From positions 1 through 64,000 of the forward strand of contig CAVWCX010000036.1 in assembly GCA_963753595.1 (NCBI GenBank): a stretch of 64,000 nt of DNA. The letters are read 5' to 3'. The position numbers were made by a program, and so were the translations under genes. The notes beneath the pieces are model-generated. The model searched no databases. It saw nothing but the letters and a program-made list of their open reading frames with translations, and was not told the origin of the DNA. This stretch comes from Candidatus Methanoperedenaceae archaeon. Lineage in GTDB: Archaea; Halobacteriota; Methanosarcinia; Methanosarcinales; Methanoperedenaceae. Shown one piece after another: positions 1-11,287 of this stretch. The number at the start of each line of letters is the position of its first letter. Positions within the stretch are counted from its first letter, which is position 1.

Positions 1-33
1 TGAGGATATCAAGAGGATCGGATTCGAAGACTG

Positions 34-495
34 ATGACCGGGGAGAAAAGCGAAGGAAAATATGAAGGAAAATACGAATATCTGTACCACATAGCAGATG
101 CCAAGTTCAGGGCTTTTGGCCTTACACTTGAAGAAGCATTCGGGAATGCTGCGCTTGCCCTGTTCAATGTGATGATAGATACATCAAATCTGTTGGCCAG
201 CGAGGAAAGGGAGATCGAATTAACATCACCTGATATTAAAATGCTTCTTGTTGACTGGCTATCCGAATTATTATACCTGTTTGAAGTGGATGAGATCATA
301 TTCTGTGAATTCAGGATTGAAAATATCGAGAAAACAGGCGATGGTTTTTCTTTGAAGGGGAAAGCAACGGGTGTACCAATTGACCTTTCGCACCACAAAT
401 TTGATACACAGGTGAAAGCTGTGACTTTACATGAACTTGAGGTGGAACAGGTTGAGACCGGGGGATTCATGGTTCAGGTTGTTGTTGATACCTGA
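34..495 (+). CDS. Archease (RtcB cofactor)
   Basis: YEYLYHIAD...G.TLEEAF.NAA N-terminus and VKAVTLH...VVDT C-terminus; lies directly upstream of rtcB. Confidence 0.95.
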   Translation: MTGEKSEGKYEGKYEYLYHIADAKFRAFGLTLEEAFGNAALALFNVMIDTSNLLASEEREIELTSPDIKMLLVDWLSELLYLFEVDEIIFCEFRIENIEKTGDGFSLKGKATGVPIDLSHHKFDTQVKAVTLHELEVEQVETGGFMVQVVVDT

Positions 496-566
496 AATTA
501 TTGTTAAAAACCAAACAATTCAAACTATCTTTGCGATCTGATATGGAAAAAATTAACAACTAACCC

Positions 567-615
567 ATACGAACTGAAACGAACTCATGCTACCGGAGTT
601 CGTAACAGTTCGTAT
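567..615. repeat. REP-like palindrome 1 (20 bp arms, internal 9 nt periodicity)
   Basis: atacgaactgaaacgaactc (567-586) pairs with gagttcgtaacagttcgtat (596-615) at 18/20 positions; 9 nt loop. Confidence 0.8.
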
Positions 616-740
616 TAGTTCGCTGTTTTTTTTATGTTCATTTATGAACCAGAGTTTATGGCCGACTTTGGATAAACAAAAATGCATCAAACTTAATATC
701 TTTGTGACGAATAAGGATATTAATCAACCATTTTAGAATA

Positions 741-792
741 TCTTTGCGACCTTTGCGGTGTCTGGATTTTTTCACCGCAAAGAACGCAAAGA
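741..792. repeat. REP-like palindrome 2 (20 bp arms, internal 9 nt periodicity)
   Basis: tctttgcgacctttgcggtg (741-760) pairs with caccgcaaagaacgcaaaga (773-792) at 18/20 positions; 12 nt loop. Confidence 0.8.
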
Positions 793-814
793 ACGAAAAG
801 CAGGGAAAAGAACC

Positions 815-2281
815 ATGTCAGAAGTAATTACAAAAGATATTTCAAGCATCCTAAAAAAAGTAAATGATTACACATGGGACATACCCATGGATTATAGACC
901 CGGTATGAGAGTGCCCGGGCGCATTTTTGTTTCATCGCAATTGCTTGGCAGCCTTGAACTTGACACACTTACCCAGGTTTCCAATGTCGCCACCCTTCCG
1001 GGTATCCAGAAATTCGCCATGGCAATGCCTGATGCGCATTCAGGTTATGGTTTTCCCATCGGGGGAGTCGCGGCTTTTGACAGGAATACAGGTATTATCA
1101 GCCCTGGCGGTGTTGGATACGATATCAATTGCGGGGTCAGGATAATCAAAACAAATCTCACGGTGGATGAGGTGCGCCCCCGGATGAAAGAACTTATCGA
1201 GCTTCTTTTCCATGAGATCCCGTCAGGCGTAGGCTCAAAAAGCAAGCTTCGCGCTTCTGACAGTGAACTGACAGATGCGTTCCTGCACGGCGCTAAATGG
1301 GCAGTAGATAGCGGATATGGCGTTAAGGAAGATATCGAGCATTGCGAGGAGAATGGCTATATGAAAATAGCCGACCCTGCAAAAGTTGGTGAGAAGGCGC
1401 GAAAAAGGGGTAAACCACAGTTCGGCACGCTTGGAAGCGGCAACCATTTCCTTGAGGTGCAGTACGTAGATGAAGTGTATGACCCTGAAGTTGCAAAGGT
1501 TTTCGGGCTTCATAAAGGCCAGGTCACGGTCATGATACACTGCGGCTCGCGGGGCGCAGGTCACCAGATATGCGATGATTATCTCAAGATACTCGATAAA
1601 GCCACCCATAAATACGGGATCCAGCTTCCTGACAGGCAGCTTGCCTGTGCGCCTGCTGAATCACCGGAAGGCCAGGACTATTATAAGGCCATGGCTGCCG
1701 GCGCCAATTATGCCTGGGCTAACAGGCAGGTCATCACCCACTGGGTCAGGGAAGCATTTACCCGCTTTTTCGGACGGGATATGGATGACCTTGGAATGGA
1801 ACTCATTTATGATGTGGCGCATAACGTGGCAAAACTGGAAGAGCATACAATTGACGGTGAAAAAAAGATGGTTTATGTCCACCGGAAGGGCGCTACACGG
1901 GCATTTCCTCCCGGGCATCCCGATGTTCCCCCGATCTACAGGAAAGTGGGACAGCCAGTATTGATCCCGGGCAGTATGGGAACCGCGTCATTTGTGCTGC
2001 ATGGGACAGAAAAGGCAATGGAACTCACATTCGGAAGCGCTTGTCACGGGTCGGGGAGGGTCTCAAGCCGCGGGGCTGCAAAACATAAATACCATGGTGA
2101 AACTATACAAAAGGATCTGGCAGCAATGGGAATATCTGTCAGGGCCACGCATCCTTCGATAATTGCAGAAGAGGCTCCCGGTGTCTATAAATCAAGCGAA
2201 GAGGTTGTTAACGTAGTGCACCAGCTTGGCATAGCCAGAAAAGTCGTAAAGCTCATGCCATTGGGAGTAGCAAAGGGATAA
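815..2281 (+). CDS. rtcB: RNA-splicing ligase RtcB
   Basis: [51 protein letters not shown] motifs. ATG at 815 preferred because the GTG at 758 lies inside the palindrome. Confidence 0.97.
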   Translation: MSEVITKDISSILKKVNDYTWDIPMDYRPGMRVPGRIFVSSQLLGSLELDTLTQVSNVATLPGIQKFAMAMPDAHSGYGFPIGGVAAFDRNTGIISPGGVGYDINCGVRIIKTNLTVDEVRPRMKELIELLFHEIPSGVGSKSKLRASDSELTDAFLHGAKWAVDSGYGVKEDIEHCEENGYMKIADPAKVGEKARKRGKPQFGTLGSGNHFLEVQYVDEVYDPEVAKVFGLHKGQVTVMIHCGSRGAGHQICDDYLKILDKATHKYGIQLPDRQLACAPAESPEGQDYYKAMAAGANYAWANRQVITHWVREAFTRFFGRDMDDLGMELIYDVAHNVAKLEEHTIDGEKKMVYVHRKGATRAFPPGHPDVPPIYRKVGQPVLIPGSMGTASFVLHGTEKAMELTFGSACHGSGRVSSRGAAKHKYHGETIQKDLAAMGISVRATHPSIIAEEAPGVYKSSEEVVNVVHQLGIARKVVKLMPLGVAKG

Positions 2282-2364
2282 TCAACTTTACTTGATTTAA
2301 AATCAATTTTTCTGATTGAACATATTTAAGTATAAGCGCTACATTTCGAAACCCGGTAATTTTT

Positions 2365-3645
2365 ATGAGTCTTATCACTGAAGCAAGAAACGGCAATATT
2401 ACGGAAGAAATGAAAAAAGTCGCAGAAATTGAAGGCGTTGAACCTGAATTTGTGCGCCGCGGGATAGAAAGCGGGCGAATCGTCATCCCGGTCAGCCCAT
2501 ATCGCTATACAAAGCCCTGCGGGATCGGGAAGGGGCTTCGCACAAAAGTTAACGCCTCTATCGGGACATCATCCGATATCGTGGATATCGACATGGAAAT
2601 CGAGAAAGCCAGGGTTGCAGAAGCAACAGGCGCCGATACCTTGATGGAGCTTTCAACAGGCGGGGATTTTTATGATATCAGGAAAAAGGTCATTGATTCT
2701 ACTACCCTGTCAGTAGGAAGTGTGCCCCTGTACCAGGCTTTTATCGAAGCGATCCGAAAATACGGTTCTGTTGTTGAGATGAAAGAAGATGATCTGTTCA
2801 AGGTCACAGCGGAACAGGCAAAACTTGGCACAAATTTCATGGCGATACATACGGGAATTAACCTTTTCACGGTGGAACGGCTTAAAAAACAGGGACGGTT
2901 CGGAGGACTCTGTTCACGCGGCGGCGCTTTCATGACCGCATGGATGCTGCATAATGAGAAAGAAAACCCGCTTTACAGCGAATTCGATTATCTTCTTGAG
3001 ATAATGAAAGAACATGAGGTCACACTCAGCATGGGCAATGGCATGCGTGCAGGTGCGATCCACGATTCAACAGACAGGGCGCAGATACAGGAACTGATCA
3101 TGAACTCGGAGTTATCCGATACAGCCCATGAAGCAGGTGTCCAGACGATTGTCGAAGGACCGGGTCACATCCCTCTTGACGAAATAGAAGCGAACGTAAT
3201 ACTCATGAAGCGTTTGAGCGGTGACAAGCCTTTCTATATGCTCGGGCCGCTTGTTACCGATATAGCGCCTGGATATGACCATATCGTGGCGGCAATCGGC
3301 GCATCTCTCTCAAGCGCTTATGGAGCTGATTTCATTTGTTATGTTACACCGGCTGAACATCTTGCCCTTCCAAATGTGGATGATGTAAAGCAGGGGGTTA
3401 TAACTGCAAGGATCGCGGCGCATATAGGTGATATGGTTAAGAACAAAGATCGCCAGCGTGATATGGACATGGGAAGAGCAAGGCGTGACCTTCAATGGGA
3501 AAAGATGTATGAGCTTGCGATCGACCCCGAATATGCAAGATCAGTAAGGAACAGCCGCTCTCCGGATGATGAAGAAGCATGCACTATGTGCGGGAACTAT
3601 TGCGCTCTTAAGATCGTGAAACAGAATTTTAATTTTGAACGCTGA
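2365..3645 (+). CDS. thiC: Phosphomethylpyrimidine synthase ThiC (BzaA/B/F-type paralog not excluded)
   Basis: [32 protein letters not shown] and C-terminal CTMCGNYC (CX2CX4C). Confidence 0.9.
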   Translation: MSLITEARNGNITEEMKKVAEIEGVEPEFVRRGIESGRIVIPVSPYRYTKPCGIGKGLRTKVNASIGTSSDIVDIDMEIEKARVAEATGADTLMELSTGGDFYDIRKKVIDSTTLSVGSVPLYQAFIEAIRKYGSVVEMKEDDLFKVTAEQAKLGTNFMAIHTGINLFTVERLKKQGRFGGLCSRGGAFMTAWMLHNEKENPLYSEFDYLLEIMKEHEVTLSMGNGMRAGAIHDSTDRAQIQELIMNSELSDTAHEAGVQTIVEGPGHIPLDEIEANVILMKRLSGDKPFYMLGPLVTDIAPGYDHIVAAIGASLSSAYGADFICYVTPAEHLALPNVDDVKQGVITARIAAHIGDMVKNKDRQRDMDMGRARRDLQWEKMYELAIDPEYARSVRNSRSPDDEEACTMCGNYCALKIVKQNFNFER

Positions 3646-3820
3646 AAAAAGAAATAACAATTTTCGGGCGTTTCCGTCTGCCAGACTCTTGATTCTTTTT
3701 TTTTAAAGGCGTTTCTATTCGTGTTAGTAGTTAGGTCAATTTGCAACACATTAATTAATTGACCTAAAAACAATCTCTATTTCTCCTAGACTTTCATTTC
3801 ATATAATATTTTGTTGGAAA

Positions 3821-4333
3821 TTATGCCAATTTGCAATATAGTTTATAAATTCCAATTCCAAGATGGAAAGCTGATATAATAAGCATTACAAATCCAATCC
3901 AAAATAATATAAACATTATAATTTGTGCTAATAAAAAGAAGAGTAATAATATGCTTGGTAAACCCGAAGGGAAAGTAGGCTTTATCAGAGCTTCATATAA
4001 CCCTATTGTGAATATCAAACCAATAACAAAATACAAAAAAGATTTTAAAAAATATTCACCGATTTTTCGAACGTCTTTTTTTTCTGAAGGCTCAAAGGTA
4101 TCTGCATATGTAAATGTTAAGACTGCCAATGAACCTATTAGAGCTATAATTTTTTCTCCATAAGCGATAATATCGGAATAATTATTTTGCTTCAAAAGCA
4201 AGAATAGTCTAATGAATGCAATGCCTATGAATAAGCATATCATATAGGGCATAAAAAGACGGTAAAACTCTTTTAATCCGTTTATTGTGCCTATCCTAAT
4301 TTTATTAAAAGTAGTCGTTATAAATTCTTCCAT
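3821..4333 (-). CDS. Hypothetical integral membrane protein (~4 TM), AT-rich
   Basis: Four hydrophobic segments; no family recognised. Confidence 0.7.
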   Translation of the reverse strand: MEEFITTTFNKIRIGTINGLKEFYRLFMPYMICLFIGIAFIRLFLLLKQNNYSDIIAYGEKIIALIGSLAVLTFTYADTFEPSEKKDVRKIGEYFLKSFLYFVIGLIFTIGLYEALIKPTFPSGLPSILLLFFLLAQIIMFILFWIGFVMLIISAFHLGIGIYKLYCKLA

Positions 4334-4476
4334 AATACATAATACATTACTAATTAATTATTTAAAAGATTATAAAACTATTGGCTCTGGGTGGCGTTCG
4401 ATGGTCTGCGCTGCCGCAACGAGTCCGGAAAACCATAGATAATATGGCTTGTGGGGCGTTTGATACGAAATAAACC

Positions 4477-4664
4477 GCGATTATGCGCAGTTCGCATTAT
4501 CGCCCAACCTCCCGATTTAACTATCGCGCACGTTATCCGGCGCGATTGTTAAATTGGCGCTCTATCCGAAATTACTATATCCTGCTGCACAGGGCTTAAC
4601 CTAGGTTTATCGTGCCCATGGCTTCGACGAAAGGCGCTTGTCCATTTCGCAGCGAAGCGCGAAA
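4477..4664. repeat. Cluster of GC-rich hairpins
   Basis: 4477-4503 (10/11 bp stem), 4513-4556 (15/17 bp stem), 4645-4664 (TTTCGC/GCGAAA enclosing GCGAAGC). Confidence 0.6.
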
Positions 4665-4973
4665 CGGTTGCGTTCGTCCGGCGTGTTTGTTTATTATTAA
4701 GCTAAGAACAACTCAACAACGTCCCCATATAACCTTTGTGTCGTGTCGCTCTTCCATCTTTCCATAGGTCGGCATGTATACAATAATTGACCGTTATTAT
4801 CTGGGATGGATTTTATGAGAGTGGTATTAAATAAACCCAAGAAAACGTAATCCCTAAAAGAAAATCTATATAAAGGAAGCAGATTATATTAAATAATTCA
4901 AAATAAATATCCTGCAAGACTTAAAATAACAAAGGTGATGTGTACAAGCATTACACTTTAGGAAAAGCTAATT

Positions 4974-5483
4974 ATGACACAAAAATACTGGATTACAACA
5001 CAATGGCCACCTTATGAAGGTGAAGATAATGAATTTGCTATAGAATTACAATATGATCATATAGTTGCTGGTCGAGATTTAGAACCAGACGATTTAATTC
5101 TCATTTACCAGCTAAAAACAGGCCGTGTCGAAAAGGGTAAGGGATTAAAAAGAAAGGTGGGGGATTGCGGTATCATTGCCTTAGTCAAAGCGACCGAAAG
5201 GTTTACGCAGAATCCTGATGGGCATTGTAAAACTTTTTCTGATGGCCAACAAGACACAAAAATGTACTGGAAATGGATTGCCGAAACAGAAACTGTTTCA
5301 ATAGATGGTTACGTTTCACGAGAAGAAGTCAACGAAATCTTACACTATAGCCCAAAGTATACTCTTCGTGGCTTTGGTCAAAATCGAAGTGGTCTAAGAA
5401 AGCTAACAAGTGGTGAATTCTGCAGGATATTGAGAAAATTCAATTCCGAATTATATAGAGAATATTGCAAAAAAGAAAGATGA
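4974..5483 (+). CDS. EVE/PUA-like domain protein (putative)
   Basis: N-terminal KYW, 'LEPDDLILIY', 'GIIALVK' and C-terminal 'RSGLRKLTSGEFCRI' follow the EVE-family pattern. Confidence 0.55.
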   Translation: MTQKYWITTQWPPYEGEDNEFAIELQYDHIVAGRDLEPDDLILIYQLKTGRVEKGKGLKRKVGDCGIIALVKATERFTQNPDGHCKTFSDGQQDTKMYWKWIAETETVSIDGYVSREEVNEILHYSPKYTLRGFGQNRSGLRKLTSGEFCRILRKFNSELYREYCKKER

Positions 5484-5728
5484 TGATTCTGCCGTGAGGT
5501 TGAAAATTTCCACATCAGATTAAAATCTAACTGACATTAATAATGTGATATTTTTAATTTTATGGTATTCATTGAAGATGTGTTGCACATTAACATAACT
5601 ACCAACACGAATTGTAACGGTCTCTCTTTTTTGAATACTTTACATGATAAAGGTATTTATTTTAATAAGATAAAAAAAATATATTAAGAGGGCATGCGGC
5701 TAATCCGCCACATGCTCTTCTTAATTAT

Positions 5729-7792
5729 TTATCCCATCAAACTGTATTTCAATATCAGCGCAGCGAACAATATTGCAACGATATTCATTACTTTTATCAA
5801 CGGGTTGATAGCCGGTCCTGCTGTGTCTTTTGTAGGGTCGCCAACTGTATCGCCTACGACTGCTGCGGCATGCGTTGGGTTCTTGCTGCCGTCTGGCAGT
5901 CTCTTTCCGCCAAGGTTCCCTGATTCTATGTATTTCTTGGCATTATCCCATGCTGCTCCTCCTGTTGTCATCATAAGCGCAAGAAGCAATCCTGAAATAA
6001 TAACACCAATAAGAAGACCACCCAATGCCACAGGGCCAAGGATGAAACCTACCAGGAGGGGAGAAAGTACTGCAAGAAGGCCGGGTATTATCATTTCCTT
6101 CTGGGCTGCAATGGTAACAATATCTACACAGCGTCCGTAATCCGGTTTTGCCGTTCCTTCCATGATGCCTTTTATTTCCCTGAACTGGCGCCTTATTTCT
6201 GTAACTATGGTAGTTGCTGCCCTTCCAACAGCTCCCATCAGGAAGCTTGCGAAAAGGAATGGTATCATGCCGCCGATGAGTAATCCGACTAATACCATGG
6301 GGTCTGAAAGCTTGAGTTCTAACGGGCTTCCACGCAGTTTGGTTATCTCACTGCTGTATGCTGCATATAGAGCAAGGGCGCCTAATGCGGCTGAGCCTAT
6401 GGCATAACCTTTAGTTACTGCTTTTGTTGTGTTGCCAACTGCATCGAGAGGGTCTGTTATATCCCTGACTTCCTTTGGTAATTCCGCCATTTCAGCTATG
6501 CCCCCTGCGTTATCTGTTATAGGGCCATAAGAATCAATAGCGATTATTATCCCTGTGACTGAAAGCATGGCCGCCGCTGCTATTGCAATGCCGTACAAGC
6601 CAAGGGCAGGATCCGCCACGCCCCCCATTATTAAATATGAGGACAGGATGCCTGCACATATTACGATCACTGGCATTGCCGTGCTCTGAAGACCAATAGC
6701 AAGACCGGTAATAACATTTGTTCCAGGGCCTGTTACTGATGCGTTGGCTATCTGCCTGACAGGGCTGTGCTCAGTTGCCGTATAATATTCTGTTATAAGT
6801 ATCATTGCTGCGGTCACGCCAAGGCCAATAAGAGCACATATGAATAAGCGGATATCACCATTCATCATCTGTCCGGTGATCAGGTAGAACAGTACCAGAG
6901 ATATAATTCCTGCAACGATCGCTCCGTTATACATTGCACCCATTATATTTCCGGATTTTCCGAGTTTTACGAAAAATATACCGATTATTGAAGCGATAAT
7001 GGCTGCTGCTCCAAGAGCTAACGGAAAAATGATCGCATTCGGATATTTATCGAGCACAGTTACACCGATAAGCATTGCGCCAAGAGCGGTTACTGCATAA
7101 GTTTCAAACAGGTCTGCTGCCATTCCGGCGCAATCACCCACATTATCCCCGACATTGTCTGCAATAACCCCGGGATTACGGGGGTCGTCCTCAGGTATTC
7201 CTGCTTCTACTTTACCTACAAGGTCTGTTCCTACATCTGCTGCTTTTGTAAAAATGCCGCCTCCTATCCTTGCAAAAAGGCTGATAAGTGAAGCGCCAAA
7301 ACCAAAACCAACTATTTTATCTACAGCATCAGCTTTACCGCCAAAAGCTATGAACAGTCCGCTGACACCAAGAAGCGCAAAGCTTGCTACAGAAATTCCT
7401 GTTACAGCGCCGCCCTTAAAAGCCACATCAAGGGCTTTTTTCATTCCTTCTTTGGCGGCATTGGCACAGCGCACATTGGCCCGGACAGATATGTTCATGC
7501 CCAGGTATCCTGCTGCTGCCGACATTACTGCCCCGAGGACAAATGCCAGAGCAGTGGCTGTATTTATTGCATACGCGATCACTATAGTAAGTATGACAGC
7601 GATCACTGCGACTGTCTTATACTGCCTGTTCAGGTAGGCCATGGCGCCTTCCTGTATGGCTGCTGCGATTTCTTTCATTTTGTTCGATCCGGCATCAAGT
7701 TTCATAATATACAAAACAAGATATACGGCAAATATTAAACCGATAATTCCCGCAAGCGGGGCTGAATACAACATTAAATTCGTAATGTCCAT
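5729..7792 (-). CDS. hppA: Membrane H+-translocating pyrophosphatase, K+-independent type
   Basis: [46 protein letters not shown]; GNTTKA carries the Lys diagnostic of K+-independent enzymes. Confidence 0.96.
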   Translation of the reverse strand: MDITNLMLYSAPLAGIIGLIFAVYLVLYIMKLDAGSNKMKEIAAAIQEGAMAYLNRQYKTVAVIAVILTIVIAYAINTATALAFVLGAVMSAAAGYLGMNISVRANVRCANAAKEGMKKALDVAFKGGAVTGISVASFALLGVSGLFIAFGGKADAVDKIVGFGFGASLISLFARIGGGIFTKAADVGTDLVGKVEAGIPEDDPRNPGVIADNVGDNVGDCAGMAADLFETYAVTALGAMLIGVTVLDKYPNAIIFPLALGAAAIIASIIGIFFVKLGKSGNIMGAMYNGAIVAGIISLVLFYLITGQMMNGDIRLFICALIGLGVTAAMILITEYYTATEHSPVRQIANASVTGPGTNVITGLAIGLQSTAMPVIVICAGILSSYLIMGGVADPALGLYGIAIAAAAMLSVTGIIIAIDSYGPITDNAGGIAEMAELPKEVRDITDPLDAVGNTTKAVTKGYAIGSAALGALALYAAYSSEITKLRGSPLELKLSDPMVLVGLLIGGMIPFLFASFLMGAVGRAATTIVTEIRRQFREIKGIMEGTAKPDYGRCVDIVTIAAQKEMIIPGLLAVLSPLLVGFILGPVALGGLLIGVIISGLLLALMMTTGGAAWDNAKKYIESGNLGGKRLPDGSKNPTHAAAVVGDTVGDPTKDTAGPAINPLIKVMNIVAILFAALILKYSLMG

Positions 7793-8019
7793 AATTCCTC
7801 CTATATTGCTTCGCCAAGTTAGTTCTAACTATATATATTATTTACCTTTGATGAGCTGGCTTTAGAGGAGATGTATATTTCAATTACTTGCTGTTCTTTT
7901 ATATCGTAAAAAATTTCTTAAGCCTTTTTAGAAAATTAAGCGCTGGCACTTTTCTCATATATTCTTCATATTGATTCCCCATAATTTTCAGATAAATATT
8001 CTATTAAAAAAGCAAAGGG

Positions 8020-9066
8020 TCATTTTATCGACCCCGCTACTTTGATCATTTCTTCTTTGCTTAACTGGCCGGAAAGCACTAATTCAAGCCCTCCATTGGT
8101 CCATATCAGCGTTTTGGTATCACCAAACCCGGATATTAATTTCCCATCAACGCCGTTGATATTGACCTTTTCGACATCGCCAAAGTCCGGCGAAGGATTT
8201 GATTCATCGCGCAGCATCTCGGAAAGCGAAAGTATCTGAGAACCTTTTTTATATTGCAGTGATACAGTTTCCATCTTTTCAAATTTGAAAACTGTGCTGC
8301 TGTTGAATGTAAAACCCTCTGGCAGATAGGAAGGTGTAAGGACTGTGAAATTGACTTCTTTTCTTGCTTCCTCAAGCGTCATTTGTTTTGGCAGCGCCGG
8401 AAGGTCTCTTGTTACAACCTTTGCGTCCTCAGGCACCTTGAACTCGAATTCACTGTCGGGTATTCCGGTGTTGAACTTTATGTCGCGATACTCTATTGAA
8501 GTCATGAGCTTATCATTTTTATCAAACACCTCTATTTTGAGAGGCATCCAGTTTTCACTGTCCACCAGCATATTATAATGCATGCCCATCATGCTGCCGT
8601 TCTTTGGCGATGCTTTTATATTATATACACTTCTTTCTTCAAATTTTTCTGTGCCCTGGTAAGATATGTCAGTCTGATTCAGGAGCTCCTTAATAAATTG
8701 CGTGTAATCCTGCTCAGGAGGAGTGGCAATTTCAGGCATATCCATCTTGGTCACCTCATTTTTCTCTGGGTCAGAACTCCATATAGTCTTGCCGTCATTG
8801 ACCATAACCCGACCAGCCATTTCGGCAGGCTCAAGATACTCAATCCTGCTCTTATCAGGCATCTTGTTCATCATTTTTGCTTTTACCATTTCATCTTTCC
8901 CACCATATGATGATGAGACTACCATCGTGGCTGAATAGTCTTTGATACTATCCTGTTTTTCTTTCATTTTCTGTGCTATCTGTTCCGCAGACATGTTTGC
9001 AGTACATCCCGATATAAGGGATATTACAATGACTGCGAGCAGAACTATTCCTGTTCTTTTAATCAT
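8020..9066 (-). CDS. Lipoprotein with LolA-like fold and C-terminal DUF4367-like domain
   Basis: Lipobox LISGC; 'KMPDKSRIEY..P....G.VMVNDGKTIW', 'FNTGIPDSEFEFKVP'; 'PSYLPEGF...INGVDG...LSKEEMIKVAGSI'. Confidence 0.8.
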   Translation of the reverse strand: MIKRTGIVLLAVIVISLISGCTANMSAEQIAQKMKEKQDSIKDYSATMVVSSSYGGKDEMVKAKMMNKMPDKSRIEYLEPAEMAGRVMVNDGKTIWSSDPEKNEVTKMDMPEIATPPEQDYTQFIKELLNQTDISYQGTEKFEERSVYNIKASPKNGSMMGMHYNMLVDSENWMPLKIEVFDKNDKLMTSIEYRDIKFNTGIPDSEFEFKVPEDAKVVTRDLPALPKQMTLEEARKEVNFTVLTPSYLPEGFTFNSSTVFKFEKMETVSLQYKKGSQILSLSEMLRDESNPSPDFGDVEKVNINGVDGKLISGFGDTKTLIWTNGGLELVLSGQLSKEEMIKVAGSIK

Positions 9067-9147
9067 TTATTTCCACCTTTGTTATTTTTGTCAGAAACGC
9101 GACCCAATCCCGTTTTTTATCACGTCAATAACTGCAATGACCTGTGG

Positions 9148-9876
9148 TCATTCCTGATCACCATAATTTCTTGTTCTAACCTTCTCTATCAGATCAGCAA
9201 TTTGCCCGGCATTAATTGTGTGTATCGTCATTTTATTAACGGACGGGTGCGGCAAAAACCGTATCTGGATATTGAACACGGACTTTGACATTGAGTACAT
9301 CTGATAACCAAAGCCAAAACTAACAATTATCCACATCAGGCTCCCAATGATTTTTACCCGGGGCGCCCCATCCATTAATTGCAAAAAAAACATAAAAAGC
9401 CACAGTATCCCTAAAAGAAAAAGAAAGTAGCAGGCTAATCGTGAAACTTTATTTTTTCGTACTTCCACTGAACCCACCGAGGTCAAAGCGTGTGTTGTCG
9501 AACCCATAAAAGGGCTGAGTATAGTCTTTACCCTGATGCTTCTGTCGCTAATTTCAATTCCTGCTTTTGAAACAATGAGTTGGAGCAACACCACGGAAAG
9601 TAATATCAGATAAACTGAATATGATTCAAAAAAGGAACTGAACCTGAGGAAATAAAAGAGAATTAAGATCAATATTGTTGATACACCAATCACAGTCTCT
9701 TTTGTTATTCCCATAAAATAGGCATCTTTCAGCATAATCGGACTGAATAATGGCGGCTTTGAATAGAAATCCATTTCCGGGATTTCGATCTCTCTTTGCA
9801 TGGTGATTTTCCTATCCATGTTCGCATTCGGGCACCAGCCCATCATTTTTCTAATATTCTCGATAAATGCGGTCAT
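9148..9876 (-). CDS. DUF1673-like membrane protein 7 (GWCP tag)
   Basis: N-terminus MTAFIENIRKMMGWCPN; ~4 TM. Confidence 0.85.
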   Translation of the reverse strand: MTAFIENIRKMMGWCPNANMDRKITMQREIEIPEMDFYSKPPLFSPIMLKDAYFMGITKETVIGVSTILILILFYFLRFSSFFESYSVYLILLSVVLLQLIVSKAGIEISDRSIRVKTILSPFMGSTTHALTSVGSVEVRKNKVSRLACYFLFLLGILWLFMFFLQLMDGAPRVKIIGSLMWIIVSFGFGYQMYSMSKSVFNIQIRFLPHPSVNKMTIHTINAGQIADLIEKVRTRNYGDQE

Positions 9877-10571
9877 TCCTTCCTCCTTTCACAACCCGGC
9901 ATACCCGGAATAATATCTTTCAATTTCAAAAAGTCATGCTCATTGCGAGGATAAAGCAAGATGTAGCTTCCACCAGCATTCATTCTAATCATATACGGAT
10001 AATTCGATATGCGGATCGCGGCATATAATGTATATGCAAAGCAAAAAATTGCAATAAGGAACAATATATTCATGACAGAGTCTGGCATGGCAACCGCAAA
10101 ATAAATCGATAGCAATATCATCATTACTAATGATGCCAGACTATTCCGCTTATGCCTGTTTCCATAGTTTTCAAATATTTCTATGCTTTTGATGCTATTT
10201 TTAGGAATTACGGTGTCACCTAAAATCGGCGTGGTGATTTTCAATGTTTCACTGCCAATAGATAATTTTGTATGGAAAAAAACGATAAGCAAAGCAATCA
10301 GGATAGAAGACATAGGTATAAAATACCTATATGTACCTGTCCATGAGCTGCCGATTATAATTAAACCCGCAAAACCCAGAATAACAGCCCAGACGCGCCA
10401 GTCAAACATTTGCAGCGGCACATCCATATCCCCAGGAATGGAATTATCATCGTTATGGGTGTTACTGCTATTGGCATAGTCTGAAATGAACAGATTTTCA
10501 GTCCTGTAGACAAAATTTTCATGCGGGCACCAGCCCATGATTTTCCGGATATTTTCTGTGAAAGCTGTCAT
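9873..10571 (-). CDS. DUF1673-like membrane protein 6 (GWCP tag)
   Basis: MTAFTENIRKIMGWCPH; DVPLQMFDWR and LYPRNE motifs shared with members 2 and 4. Confidence 0.85.
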   Translation of the reverse strand: MTAFTENIRKIMGWCPHENFVYRTENLFISDYANSSNTHNDDNSIPGDMDVPLQMFDWRVWAVILGFAGLIIIGSSWTGTYRYFIPMSSILIALLIVFFHTKLSIGSETLKITTPILGDTVIPKNSIKSIEIFENYGNRHKRNSLASLVMMILLSIYFAVAMPDSVMNILFLIAIFCFAYTLYAAIRISNYPYMIRMNAGGSYILLYPRNEHDFLKLKDIIPGMPGCERRKE

Positions 10572-11287
10572 TGGACCACTTCTAATTTACTTTCCAGTTC
10601 CTTTGGATTATTTGTATAGAATGTAATTTCACGATTTTTTGTCATTATTTTGAGGACAGCAGCGTTGTATGATCTGACCAGATAATTGTAGAATATCACA
10701 GCAACAAGAATAGTGGCAATGGGGATGGAATAAGCAGTAATGAATTTCACTATCACAGGAGCAGAATTTGCAGCATTATGGTCTAGACTGGTTATATTTT
10801 TTCCTATTGAAAATAATAGTCCAACAAGCGCAAAGGGATATAAAATCCATCTAAACCTGTAATTAGGATTCTTTATGATATTGATTGATACAATGCTTTC
10901 TTTTTGTATCAAGACAGACTTTAGCAGAGGCCGGTGGATAATAATACTGTGAGGTGTAAGCTCCACGGTTGTTTTATTCTGAATAAGTAAAATCAAAAAG
11001 GCAAAATAAAATATTGAAATTGCGATTATATCAATTGCATGGTAATTGATGTTGATGAGCATTAATAAAAATGCAGTTATCGAAGCGGGCAATATGATAC
11101 TTGTTATACCAGCATCACGGGAACTATCTACAAGAATTTTTATCCGGTCATGCTCTGGTGCCTTATTTTGTGAATAAATGGCATTCATGTTCGTCTTGTT
11201 TATATTACCCGGGTGCATAAACTCAAAATCTTTTTGGGGGCACCAACCCATTACTCTTCTGATATTTTCTGTAAAATTGCCTATCAT
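10568..11287 (-). CDS. DUF1673-like membrane protein 5 (GWCP tag)
   Basis: MIGNFTENIRRVMGWCPQ; ~4 TM. Confidence 0.85.
   Translation of the reverse strand: MIGNFTENIRRVMGWCPQKDFEFMHPGNINKTNMNAIYSQNKAPEHDRIKILVDSSRDAGITSIILPASITAFLLMLININYHAIDIIAISIFYFAFLILLIQNKTTVELTPHSIIIHRPLLKSVLIQKESIVSINIIKNPNYRFRWILYPFALVGLLFSIGKNITSLDHNAANSAPVIVKFITAYSIPIATILVAVIFYNYLVRSYNAAVLKIMTKNREITFYTNNPKELESKLEVVQ

Larger units (their letters stand above)
3710..5619. mobile_element. Putative non-autonomous element with ~42 bp terminal inverted repeats carrying two cargo genes
   Basis: 3710-3751 cgtttctattcgtgttagtagttaggtcaatttgcaacacat matches the reverse complement of 5578-5619 (cgttacaattcgtgttggtagttatgttaatgtgcaacacat) at 36/42; AT-rich cargo inserted between thiC and hppA; no transposase inside. 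Confidence 0.65.

Noticed and set aside
52-75. 12 nt tandem repeat (EGKY x2) at the archease N-terminus
   Set aside because: Two copies only, in frame; trivial slippage.
4501-4556. Canonical integron attC site
   Set aside because: The core-site pair spans only ~39 nt, lies upstream rather than downstream of both genes, and no integrase or second site is visible. Kept only as a hairpin.
5694-7865. Plus-strand ORFs opposite hppA, and similar antisense ORFs opposite rtcB, the helicase, por, hisA and rps13
   Set aside because: Shadow frames of well-supported genes with no recognisable motifs.
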